64,000 nt of DNA from assembly GCF_009914755.1 (NCBI RefSeq), contig NC_060933.1; one strand, written 5' to 3'. This stretch comes from the human T2T-CHM13v2.0 reference genome, Homo sapiens. The translations under genes and the position numbers were made by a program. Numbering within the stretch: position 1 is the first letter of the stretch; every line of letters begins with the position of its first letter. Below are positions 29,868 to 45,183 of the stretch, in pieces. The notes beneath the pieces are model-generated. The model saw nothing but the letters and a program-made list of their open reading frames with translations. It was not told the origin of the DNA and ran no database searches.

Positions 29868-30089
29868 TAAGGCATGAAAGCAGCGTTCATGGTGTTCTTT
29901 TAGCTTTTTAGATTTTGGTAATCTTGTACGATCTCGAAACTAAAACTACACAGCCTTTGCTGAGATGGTTGAAGTTGTTACTTGGATTTGTCTTTTATAC
30001 ATAGAATGTGCTATTAAGTCATGTGTGTCTTTATTGTATTGTAATTTAAAAAACTAAGCCCCCTCCTCTTCCTCACTCTTTTTCCTTAG

Positions 30090-30147
30090 TTATGAAGTTG
30101 CCCCTAGATCTGACAGTGAAGAGAGTGATTCTGATTATGAGGAAGAG
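30090..30147 (+). CDS. SMARCA2: SMARCA2 coding exon (~exon 12) YEVAPRSDSEESDSDYEEE
   Basis: tttccttag acceptor; GAG|GTATGT donor; 58 nt. Confidence 0.96.
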
Positions 30148-31077
30148 GTATGTATGTATCTCTGTTTGGGGTTTATTGGTTTGAAAGTTATCAGAGGAAG
30201 AAATTCTTCCTGAATGTAAGCCCGGGCCTTGGGTCCTTCTATCATTTCTTCCTCCAGGATTGGCCTTTGGGTGACAGCTGGGGCTAAGGATTTACAAATG
30301 CTTTGATGGTGTATGCCTAGTGGTACAGTGATCTCTTGGAAGGCCCTGGCTAATGGGGAAACCTGGCACATTCTAAATTCACTTGAAACCAAGAGAAGAG
30401 AAGCTGGCATTAACTTGGGAGATGGTGAAGTGGTCTTTTGGGGGAGAATTGGAGATGGATTACCTTGGGAAAGGCCATACCATACCTCTAAGTGGTTCAC
30501 ATTGAGAATTAACTGCCAAAAAGTTCTGAAGTCCTTCAGACCTTCGAGTCTATTTGCAATTCTGAGTCTGGAAACTTTGACAAAAAGGGCAACGTGGGCT
30601 TGGTTTAATGAGTTTATTGATCCTCTTGATTTCTCTCCAAATGTGATTCTTGTTTGAATTCCTTAGATATACTTGTTATCCAAAGAGAAGCGCTCAGTCT
30701 CTTGGAAGGAATACTTAGTATAACTAGAACCTAAAATGGGAATCTTGGGTATTTTTAATAGAAATTGAGAAATAATAAAATATTTGTTAAATCAGCCACA
30801 AAATGTTTAATTTAATAATTACAAATAGAAGGATTAAAAGAAGATTTGCTCTCCTTTATTAGAGCATTGTTAATATATTGTCATTAGATCTGATATTTTT
30901 GAGAGTGCCGTAGTATAGGTGCCGAGGACAAGGTAAAACATCCTTACCCATAATAGCTTACCAGGGTCTCAAGACTATGGCTGTTTTCCTTCTATTTGTG
31001 GACCTGTGTTTTCCAAATTAGTCTTCCATGAGCACTTAATGCTTTTGTAAAGAGAAAGAATAATAAAAGTTACATTA

Positions 31078-31452
<375 letters not shown>

Positions 31453-32167
31453 CTATCTCTAAGATATTTAAAGGTGTCTTGTTTACTTGGATGAATGGGC
31501 TTATAAGTGACCTACTGGAAGAAGCTTCTCTTTGAATAAGAGAGCCAGAGAGGGCAGAGATAAGATGAAGTAGGCCGCCTAGCCAGCAGGTGCCATCCTG
31601 AGAATGACAAGCACAGACAGCCCTTGTCCCTGGGCCCATCACATGGGTCTGCTGCAGGTGAGCCTGAGTGACATGTGGAGAGTCATGTCCCCTCTCAGCG
31701 TTTTATTTCCTGGCCTGGAAAATGAAGGAGTTGTGCCAAGGCCTTAGCTGACTCCCTGCTTCTAAATGATCTGCTATCATAAGGTTTGATTTTTCTCCTT
31801 GATAGTTTGTCAATTCATACTTTGTCATTTAAGAGTTATGGAAAAGCATAGTTCTCTTTAAACCTGCTTTTCAAGGAAATTCTACTGGATTGTCTGGAAA
31901 GATTTAGCCTTCTACACCAGGTTAGTAGTGGACAGAATGGACACTTACTTAGTGATGCTTTCAAATGGGTCAGCTGGATGTAGCACTCGGTTGAGAAGGG
32001 AGAGGTATTGAATCCTTCGCCAAGTTATTGAGAGTTTTTAATCTCAGTACTCTGCAATGTGTGATGTGAATCAGCCACAGAAAGCAGTGTGTTTACAAGA
32101 TCCAGGTCCTCTACAGTGGACATATATGGGGCCATCCAAGTCCCATGGGCATTATCAGAGAGAGTAG

Positions 32168-32365
<198 letters not shown>

Positions 32366-32716
32366 TGAGAAGGAGGATCCTAAGAGCTCTACAATCTGGC
32401 TTTGGAGAGAGTGCTACTGAGTGAGAGCAGATATGCTCTACAGGACTCTGATAACCAAATAATGATAAACATTTATGTTTCTGGCATGATATTTACATAC
32501 TCATTCTTGGGAGCAAGGGTTCTAGGGGATCCTCAGAGAGTTCCCTTCATTATCTCATTCATGATTTCAACAGCAGTTGAATTGGGGGTATTACCTTACT
32601 TAAGTAGATGTTACATTTACTTCCTCCCTGAATTTTATGATCTTACTTCATTTGTGAAGTTCAATACTAGTTTATGTCTTTTCAGAAAATGTCAATCATA
32701 GAGATTTCCTTGTTAA

Positions 32717-32902
<186 letters not shown>

Positions 32903-33849
32903 TAATGAATTTTCTTTTAGGAAATTTTGTTCAAGGAAGGCAACTAACTTCACGCCTACACTCTGCTTGAAACTGTGCTCCTAGAGGTCACCACTGAGTT
33001 CTGGGTTCCCAGGTCTCGGGGTTTCGTGTTGATTCTCCATCCCTCCCTCCCTTCCTTCCTTCCCTTTCTTCCCTTTCTTTCTCACTTCCTTACCCTTCTC
33101 TCTCCTTAATCCCCACCTCCAGCTCAGGCTCACTCCTGAGCCTCACACCTGTCGTCTGCACCTCAGTCCCAGATTGAACTAATGAAACTTATCTCCCTAA
33201 CTGGCTGCTTCGCTGCCTTTCCTGCCTCCCTTAATGATATCAGCAGTCTCCCTGAAACCCAAGTGAGAGACACCATTCCTGTCTTACTCCTGCTGCCATA
33301 GCCAAGTTGACCACCAACTCTCGCCCAGTCCCTGAACCCTCTCCAGCCCTCCGAGTGCCCTGGCTCTGTGTCTCATCCATTCCTGTGGGCCCTCTACGTC
33401 AAGGGTTTGCACATTTCTTTGCTTGTATAGCTGTACTATTAAAAGAAAACTGTTGTGAAACAATATAAAAGATGAGGTATTTTAAAAACCAGAAATAGAC
33501 ATCCTAATATTTCTCCCTTTTATTCCATGGTTGTGTGCCCCACTTTAGGGACCCTTCCTCCTAGCAGTCTGCCCTGATCCTTCACTGAAGGTGTTAAGAA
33601 TCCCCCTCAGTGGTTCCTCATTGCCTGTAGAATAGCAGAGTAGCTCATGAACAAGGCACAGAAGATAGAAGCCTACCTTTCCTCCTTCCTACCCCTTTAA
33701 TGTTGGGTTGCCCTCTCCCCCTGCCCTCCCAGCTTTAGCCAGTGTTCTGTGAATAGGATTTATCTTTGTATTTAACAGTCTAGGACAGCTTCATCGGCAA
33801 AGTATTCATCTGCAGGTGTAGGGTTCAGGCTCCTATCTGTCTTTTGGGT

Positions 33850-34040
33850 CAAGGGGGCCTGCATTCGAATCCTGGTTTCACTACCTTTTATGTGATCCAA
33901 ACAAATGAAGTAACCTCTCTAAGCCTCGGGTTCTCCACCTGCATAAAATGGGGATGATCATCATAACGCCTTTTGTGCTTGCTTTTTGAGAGGATTACAG
34001 ATAGTGTATATTAACTGCATGGCAAGTCGTGGTTGATAAA
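33850..34040 (+). mobile_element. MIR fragment
   Basis: ttcgaatcctgg...taacctctctaagcctcggg...taaaatggggat. Confidence 0.7.
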
Positions 34041-34129
34041 TAAAACACACTTATTGCAGCTATTTTAGGTTCTCAAATCATTTTTTGAGTGAAGTAAAAC
34101 AACACATGCACGCACATGTCTGTGTGTGA

Positions 34130-34357
<228 letters not shown>

Positions 34358-34703
34358 TGAAGTATGTCGTGCACATGTTGACTAAGGGCTTTTGATGATA
34401 TTTTAGGCCACATCACTTATAATACTGAGGTTCCTTTCATTGTGCCTATGATTCTTCTTTTAGAGTACTCCATGTTACCATCTTTACTAGGGCATGCCAT
34501 ACCCATTTTCTCTTTTATGCTTTTGGGATGTATTTTAAGTGATCTCTGCAAAATGGAAAACCCAGCCACATTCTATTAAACTGGAGAACATCCACGCCTC
34601 ATCTTGAAGTATTTCTTTAAAATTTTTAGGTGTGGCTGTGGTTTTATGCCGTGGATTGAACCCACCTAGGAGTAGCTGTCTACTACATTTATGCTTTTTC
34701 TTA

Positions 34704-35060
<357 letters not shown>

Positions 35061-35186
35061 TTATTTGACCTGTCTGGATTGAGGCTAATTCCCTGTGTTC
35101 TACCTTCTACCACTTAGTGACGTTTCCCAAATTGTGTTCCATGAGACATTTGTTCTATGAATTGTTCCTTAAAAATTAAAAAAGGA

Positions 35187-35514
<328 letters not shown>

Positions 35515-35964
35515 GAGGTTTGTGGCCAAATACTGTAACTAAGATTACCATATAAATTACTATTTCTAACTTGAATACTTGTGAACGTGAGTCGAGGGCC
35601 TTATTATTGATAATAGGCATAACCCTGGACTGTCCCTGAACAACAACCAGATACGGTCACTCTGGCAGTGACCCCTCTTGTTAATTCACATGCCCGTCAG
35701 CACACTTGGGACTCTGCGGAAATCAACATGTAACCATAAGGCACATCAGCATCCTGCAGTAAAATCACTTCTTTAACATTGTTTAACTTCATATTTCCCA
35801 AATTTCTTTGACTACCAAACCCTATTTTTATATCACCAATTAACATCCTGTAAGACTAGCGTCTTCTAGAATACACTTTAGGAAGTGTACTTGTTGGCAT
35901 CGGGTCCTCTCTACTCTTAACACTTGGTACTGTGTCTGCTGCCCTTGCATAGGAGTGCAGAATA

Positions 35965-36177
35965 CAATGACTGCCAGTACAGTACTGCCTTGATGGTGCT
36001 GAAGCACTAGCAGTTTTTACCTACCAATGCTTTTGCATCATCAGTGCAGACGTCAACACAGTAAAAATGACAAGTAATGCCTTAGTATTGTCATGCTAAT
36101 CATTTTGACCTCGTGGATCTCCTTCCAAGATCTTGGGGGGCCCTGAGAACCCCTGGAACACATTCTGAGGACCACTG
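35965..36177. mobile_element. Charlie1-like hAT transposon terminal fragment
   Basis: gcttttgcatcatcagtgcagacgtcaacacagt...ttttgacctcgtgga...gaggaccactg terminus. Confidence 0.65.
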
Positions 36178-36579
36178 CTCTGGCCTTAGTAAGATCATGT
36201 TTTCTCCAAAGACCATGTCATAGTCCTGAGATCCAAAGCAGGTTTCATCTTGTTTGGCCTACCTGACATAGATGTTAACTCATAGCATGCTCTAATAAAC
36301 TTTTGTATATCTGCATATGGGAGATCCATCTTTTGAATTATTTGTGAATAACTTGTAATGCCACATGGGTTTTCTTCTGTCATCCAACACCCTTCTAAGC
36401 AGTCTTCATCACTCTCTTTTCAAACCTAGCTCCTTCGACTTCCATATGTGAGTTTTATGCCTCTGTGTTGCTGAGCTGCTGTAGATTCCCCGAACATGCC
36501 TTGCAGTGTCTCTCTGGATTTATACCTTATGAAGTGCCTTCTTCCTGGAATCTTGACTAGCCATGTCCGCCTGATGAGA

Positions 36580-36672
36580 TCTCACAAACCAGTTCAAGTT
36601 GTGGCTCAAACCTTCCCTGATCATTTCTCATAAACCAGTTCAAGTTGTGGCTCAAAGCCTTCCCTGATCATT
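36580..36672. repeat. 46/47-bp tandem duplication
   Basis: tctca(c/t)aaaccagttcaagttgtggctcaaa(g)ccttccctgatcatt occurs twice. Confidence 0.95.
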
Positions 36673-38334
36673 CTCTCCATGAGTAAGCTTTCTATCTTCT
36701 TGCTTCTTGACAGGTTTTTGTGTCATTAATATTTACTTAACCTTGACACGGCTGAGGTCTTCCTGCTACTCCTAGAGAGCCACATAAGCTTGGTTCAATA
36801 TCTAATCCTCCCCCTGGCCAATTCTGCCAGTTTCCAGCCTGAGAAAATCCAAATTACTTCCCACAATTTTTGTGAATTTCTAGTCTCCTCTGCTGCTAGT
36901 TTCTACTTCTGTTTTGTATTGAATTAGCACAAACGCAAAATTCAGCCCCTTTACCAATTTTCTCTAAAAAAAGCAGAAACAAAAATTCATCCTACAGAGT
37001 ATCCAAAATGTTTCTTGTATTTAGTTGACTTTTCTAAAGCTCTAGTGGTTTCAGGGTCACGTTGCAGGCTGACAGCTTCTCCTGTCTACCACTGTTTGTT
37101 TTATAATAATTTCCCCTCTTTCCCTCTATCTTTTGCCCATTCTCTTGGAGGTTCTTCCTGTTTCTCTACTTATCTCTTGTTGTTGTTGTAGTTCTGCAGA
37201 AACCTTTAGGATGACTTTGGAATCTTGCATGGTACAAAGTATCTCAAGTGGCTTATGGAAGTATTGCTTCAAACCAATGCGGTGTCTCCCTAAGAAAAAT
37301 TCTTGTCAATACAGTTTTATATGTATACATATACATTGGCACTGTCAACCACTTCTTGGCATATGTGTATATGTGCCTCATTCATTGTTTTCTCTTTTAT
37401 TTGAGCTTCTGAAGGGAGGCATGCATCTTACAGACCTTGGTATCTATCTGCTACAGCTCCTTGCATGGCCCCTTGCACAGAATAGTCATTTAATAAATAT
37501 TTTAAATAAACTAATTGCTTGCTTTGTTCTTACATAAAAAATTAACATTTCCCTAAGCATAACATCATTAGCAAGCTAAATTGACTTTAGCAAACATATA
37601 TATAATTGATCCTATCATTTAAATCCAGCATCTGTGGTATGATGGTGGAAGGGAATTGTTGGTTGGGGGATGGAGGTTTAACAATTTTGTATTTTCACCC
37701 AACCTTACTTTTGTACTTAACGTGGGGAATCTCTGGTACAGTGTTTTTGTACTTCAGAAATACGTTGAGCATGTTTCCAGTTGCCAGCTTCCAGTGTGCA
37801 GCCTTTGGGTAGTACTCACATTACAAAGTTCCCATGTGCTGTCTGGGAACTTTCTCTCTGCCAGGAAGAGAAATGTCCTCCTGTGGTCCCAGCAGAGTGT
37901 CCCTGGCTCCCTGGTCAGTCCGCCTTTTCACTGAGGGGACCTCACCCATATTACCGAAAAGGCTGTTTTTAATAATCTGTGATCTGTGTGCCAAATCTGC
38001 CTTCACATTGGCTTTTTATTCTTGGAGTGGTTGGATTAGATTTTGGTTTGGGCTTTTTTCATTTATAATAATTCTAGAATGTCACATACTGTGAAATACT
38101 AAGTGTGGATGAGCGGCAAAGCTGCTTTAAAACTCACCTGTCAAGAAGCAAGAAGAGAGAAAGCTTACTCATGGAGAGAATGATCAGGCTCATATTTTAC
38201 ATTCTTTTTGCATTGGTGCTTCCCCCATTTTCCTACTGTGGGAAACCCAACATACAGCAGTGAGGAGTTAAGAAGTCACACCCTCACTTGGGTTGTATTA
38301 GGATTAATTACCTGTGCAGATCTTGGATAATTGA

Positions 38335-38520
<186 letters not shown>

Positions 38521-38828
38521 TAAGTAAAGTCATTTATTCCACAGTCATCGTTCTGTATGTTGTAGAGTGCCCGATTAGTAGCTTGTCCTTGTTTTTTACT
38601 TAAGACAGAATTGTAGCATGTACTAACCTAAATCCAGATTACCAAGAGCATGTAATCTGGATTTAGGTTTTAATTTCCCACCCCTCCCCATCCTAGCCTG
38701 TTTGATTGGCTATTTAAGCACGGGACCGAGTGATTTTATCGGCCATCAGCATTACAGGTCTGCACAGCCTGAACACTGCATAGTGAGTCTTGCTCATCAT
38801 TATTCCTTAAGTGGCTCACAAAGGGGAA

Positions 38829-38830
<2 letters not shown>

Positions 38831-38869
<39 letters not shown>
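38831..38869. repeat. (GT)n microsatellite
   Basis: Read directly. Confidence 0.95.
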
Positions 38870-38870
<1 letters not shown>

Positions 38871-39808
38871 TTTCTTTGATTTTTTCCTTATTCCATTTCC
38901 AAAAGATGATATATTCTTAAATCTTCCTTTTAAAAGCAGAACATAAATCAAAATCATAACTAGGAGTTTTGCATTAAAATAACCTTAGTATGTGCACTGA
39001 GGTTATGTTTCAATGAGTTTGCTGCTTAGTAAGGACAGGAGTTTGCTGTTCGCCATTACGTTCCCAGTGCCTCACCTGCTAGGTGGTTCTTAGAAGGTCC
39101 TAAGTGGGCACTACCGAGTGAGGGCACAGTGATTCACAAGCACCCTCCTGGGAGTTCAGTGTGTCTGCCTGTGGGTGTTAGGTTGCAGTTTTGTTCACCA
39201 AGGTCTTGTTATAGATCTCAATGCTGATATGAACTTGGACCTTCAGTAAGAAGAAGGATTCTATTAATATTATTGTGTTTTCTTTGAATTTTTTCTAATG
39301 AAGACTATTTGCAGCCCTTTTTGTATGAATTATCTGTATCTGTAATATTTAGGCATCTTTTGCATTTGATCTATATTTTGCGTGTTCTGAATCATATATA
39401 CAGTGACACTTTCAGGGCTTTAAAAAACGTCATTCAATATTTCTTCCCCTGTTCCCTCTTGACAGATTTATTTTATGTTTTCATGTGGTTTTATAATTTC
39501 TTTTTCCTGACTCATCTTTTTTCTGAACCTATATGGCTGTTTATGAAGATTCCTAAAATCATTCTGGCAATTGCTCTTTTTTAATATCATATTACAGTTT
39601 AGTTTTTTGCTCTCTATATTTATGTATTCTTTAGTTTTTTTCTTACAAGATTTTTTTATGAACCACAAACTTGTCATGTTTTGTGACAGTTTGTTTTGAA
39701 CTTATCTCCTATTTCCACACCTTTAAAATAAATATCTTGTTGAGATATGTTATATTCTGTAGCCCCTTTCAAGGTGAGGCCTGAACATGAATAAGAACAT
39801 CTTTTTAA

Positions 39809-40027
<219 letters not shown>

Positions 40028-40552
40028 TAAAGTTTTGTCATGTACATCATGTACTAAACCGTGAGAGTTAATCATCCCAAGAAGATTACTGTAATAAACC
40101 ATAATTACTTTCAGATAGTGAAATCCAGAAGAAAATTGTTAATTATCATATTGCAAGGTTTCTGATGAGAGTAATACAAATGACAAATATCACACATTCT
40201 GCGTGCTGCTGACTGGCTCGCTGTGGGCTGCTACTGTGCTGACTGTTCCTGCAAAGTCAGGCAATTACCCGGATGCCCGGGGCTGCCTGCTGTACTTTCT
40301 CAACAGAACTGGAGCCTTTCAGCAGAGCGGTGGGTTCTCTACTACCACAAATTCACTGTCATTTCCATTTCCCTTTGCCCTCCCACTGTCTTTGGTGGGA
40401 AAACCTTTCTAAAAAAAGATCTGAAAAGGGTCAAGACGTGTAATTTAGCCAAAACTTCCTCGTGTATAATAGATCAGTCTATGAGAATGTGTGTCTGTGC
40501 ATTCTTCAGTCACATGTCTGGGCATCATTAAGCTATGAAAAGTGAGAAATAA

Positions 40553-40723
<171 letters not shown>

Positions 40724-40887
40724 TAAAAAATTATTTTCTCTCTAATTAGGACCATTGCACTGGAATGTGAAGTATTGCCCAAGTCAGTAGTGTAATTGGA
40801 TCCTTAGATGGCTTGTCCTTTTCTTTATTTTTCTAAAATTTTTTCAGAGTTTGATATGTTTTGGTCGTGGATTTGATTTCATGCATG

Positions 40888-40888
<1 letters not shown>

Positions 40889-40933
<45 letters not shown>
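40889..40933. repeat. (TG)n microsatellite
   Basis: Read directly. Confidence 0.95.
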
Positions 40934-40935
<2 letters not shown>

Positions 40936-43344
40936 ATGATTGATCCTGGGGCGGCTCTTGTCTATCCCCTCAGAGTTGATGAGTTTACATCTCTTAAAAA
41001 AATTCACCTGGTTGCTTCTGCAACTCTTTTTCTCTCTAACAGCTTTGCACATTCTCGGGAAAGAAATAATTGTTTTTGTTGCCCTGAGATATTGTCAGTG
41101 TACCTTCATTCTTCTTGTGCCTTTGTTTCTCCAAAGATGAGCCAGACACCTCTCCATATGGTCTCCACCATATGAACATTTATCCAAGCCGTGGCTTTTG
41201 TGGTAGTCTTGTTTCAGGTTTTTCCTGGTGAAATAATAGACTATCATTGTTGGAGTTACTTAAGGTTGTTTCTGTGACTATTTATTTGAAACTGAGAAAG
41301 AGGTGTTTCTGTGACTTACATGTCTCCTAATTTTTATGTCCTAAGTTGTTCCTTAGCCACAAAGTAGAAATTTTTACTCCCATTTATATCATCTTGTCTT
41401 CTAATACGTTCATGTAGAAAGATGGAAGTGCTCTCTTTCGTGGAACAAATAATGAAAACTCTTTTTTTTCCTCTTTAGTAATTTTTTTTACCCCATGACG
41501 TTTTGAAAGCACTATAATCTGAAACTAAGTTATGTCCAAAATTGAATAGAACCTCTATTTCTGGGGTCTATTCTACCTCTGCATTAAACTCTTGCTCTGG
41601 GAACTGAGAGTTCCCTTCATGGCATCATAGGAAATAACAAAAAGGAAATGTGTTCCCAGGGGAGGTTTAATAATTGAGATGGCACTGGCAACAATGCTGT
41701 GTTCCACCTCCTCACACTCAGAGATGAATTTGGCAGTGTCAAAAATGATGTGTTTTCAATATTACTATGGGAATGTGTTTGTACATTTGAGATCCTTTTA
41801 AAAAAATTCATCTTGTGTCTTCTGCATATGTATTTCAAGATTCATTGGAGACGCCTGGTAATGAGATGCACTGCTTTTATTTGTTACTGGAGAAATGGAG
41901 CTATAGAAAGAGGTAGTAATTTTGTCCAAGTGGAAGACCTAATTAGTAGTAGACCCCATAGCAAAATCAAAGGCCTCTGATTCTTTATTATTTCATAAGC
42001 TAAATTAGGCAGGAAAGTAGATTTAGGATATTTATTTAAATATATTTTTTGTCTGCTTGCCTCTTTTCATGCTGTTGGTAAGTCTGAGGCAGTTGATTGT
42101 ACAGCTTTAATTATCCTTAAACACTTTTCTTAGAGGTGGTGGAGGAAGGAAAAAAAATCGAGGTAGTTTTTTTTTTGTTTTTTTCTTACCTGTACATCCC
42201 AGCCTGACTGATGATTTTATTCCTTTTCTCCTGGCACGTCTGATGCTTCTAATGAGGAAGGCAAGGACTGTATAGAATACTTTCCTCATCTCCCTTCTCT
42301 CTCTAGGAGCTTTGCAGCAGGATCTGGGGACATCTGAGCACCAGATGTTTTTCTTGGCCATTGCCACTGTTTTGTAGAGAATGGATAGGCTTAGTGGAAC
42401 ATTCCTCATTGTTCTCACTTTAAGAAACTGAACAGTGCTCTTAAGAGGACTGAAGGGTAAGGTATGAGAGAGGGAACGTACTGTGTAGACAGGAAGGAGG
42501 ACTGGGCCATATAAGCATTCTGGACGTTTTACGCAATCGTCATGTTGGGGAAGTATGCTGTATTTAATTCTGCAGTTTTGGCATAAATACAGGAGTGATA
42601 TTTTTGCAGTGCGCTTTCTGCCAGTGAGTATATTCTTTTATTTTAGATAAAACAGGGGTCCTAGATCTGGCAGGTAAGGAATGTGCGTGTATTGAGGGAG
42701 CTTCGTTGTCAGACCTAATTTTTGAAAAGCCGTATGTACAAATTTAATGTGAAATAGTCCAACTTTTAAATGTTAGCAACCAGTCCAAACAAAACAAAAC
42801 ACACTTCCGGGCCAAGCCCTAAAGGTAGTAACCAGCCAGGCTAATAGAAAAGAAGGCATGGAGCCAAGAATATCTCAGCTGTAGAACCTGCTAGGGCCAT
42901 CTTGGAAAAATCAGTCATTAACCTCTGCTTCAGGTGGGTACCTATATTCTGTGCCTGTCATGAGCTGAAATAGCATGACCATGAAATCTGGGATAGCTGT
43001 CATGATAACGTATTAATAGAAGGGGCATTGGATGGGGAGAGGCAGGATCCACACGTGGAAACAACCATGTCATTCTGGACCCAAATTTCCTTCTTTGTAA
43101 AAAGTTGATTTGGAATTACGTGGTCTGTAAGGAACATTGTTCCTTTAACATTCTATTATTATAGGATGTCTTATGCGGCCTATCAGGCATGAGACATTGT
43201 TGAGATTCCCTTGTCTCAAAGGTAATCACAGCATATCATATACCAAGGATGGGTTCTTTGGTTTTCCGCACCACCACTTGCTTGTTGGAAATAGTTGTAT
43301 TTTCCCTTGCTTACTACACGTCCGTCCTTCCTCTTGTGTTATAG

Positions 43345-43596
<252 letters not shown>

Positions 43597-44400
43597 TGAG
43601 TTCTGTTTTTTCCACTGCATGATAATGACATGAAATGAAAGGCCCTAAAGCTGAGAACATTAGAGCCACAGAACACCCGCAGGGTGGTTTCCACTGTTGT
43701 TTATTTTATGAAACCCATCGGTGGGTGGACATGGTCTTGTGGTGGGGTTATTTTCCCCTCCTAGGAAAATGGATCTAGTGGTACATGGGGCATCTAACCC
43801 CTTTGTCTTTTGCCAGCATGTTTACCAGGCTACCAGAAAAGGGTCCCAACCGGTGGAATGCTTAACTGCAGTGGGCCACAGGGAGGATGAACATGGAGAT
43901 ATTTTGCTGAAGTAATTTAACCAGACCAAATTAACCAACTAAATACAAGCTTTAAACAAATCTTTCCTTGTTACAAACTTGGAGTTCCCTTTAAAATATT
44001 TCCACATAAAGATTTTGTGTGTAAAACAGAACTAGTTTTCACACATTTTCTGCAGACCTTTTTTTTTTCTTTTTAGGTTTTAATGTGATTTTCAGTTTTG
44101 TGTGTACATAAATAGTCTTCCTGGAGTAGCCATTTATTTTCCAATTTCTTATTGTTCCTTCCACTGTCTTCTCTTAAGAGCTCATTTATGAAAGGTAGAC
44201 AATGGGCCATTGCAAGAAAAGAAATGGGCACGTGTCATTTTCATAGTGGTTCCTCATTCATAGGAATGAAAAGCCACTAAAAATGCTTTAGTAAAATTTC
44301 GGTTTGAATTATTTGGCCCTTTGATGTTGAGGCACATGGGCCCATCCTCAGTAGTTAACTCACTGGCTTGCCCATTTGTAGAAAGTAGTGTCAATCAACT

Positions 44401-44417
44401 CTGCCCCCTAGAGGTTA
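44401..44417 (-). promoter_or_regulatory. Putative CTCF binding site
   Basis: Minus strand reads TAACCTCTAGGGGGCAG, close to the CTCF core CCASYAGRKGGCRS; motif match only. Confidence 0.5.
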
Positions 44418-44946
44418 ATAGGAGAAGGTGAAAGAGAAAGCCGGGAAATGTATAAGATGGACTAAACTTGAACTAGATAGGGCTGAGAAAAGGAAAGGAG
44501 TGAAGTTAGAGGGACTTAGAGGTCCACCAGCATAAACTGGATCAACTCTTGTTCCTCTTCTTTATATGTTCAAGCCCCTGTTCCTTTAGTATGTTTCTGT
44601 GTCTGAGACAACCAAGACGAAGGGCCTAACTTAAGGCTGCCACTTTAAATAGGGAACATATTAACTGTTGCCCACCTTCTCCCATTCTATCTCAGTCTTC
44701 AGTCTGTCTTCATTGACAGTCATATCCCATACAATTTGAGGCTGTTGACACTACTGATAAAAAACTGGTGGCTTCCGGGCTCTTTTCCATAGAACTCAGC
44801 GTTAAGACAAAGACACCTATTTAGAGGTCATTTTGTTACCACTTGGTAGGCAGGTGGGAAGATAATTCAGAGGTAGATATGACAGGCTTAAACTTGGCTT
44901 TAATGCATGTAAAATGTCAATCATGTATTGAACCACACATATGTAA

Positions 44947-45183
<237 letters not shown>

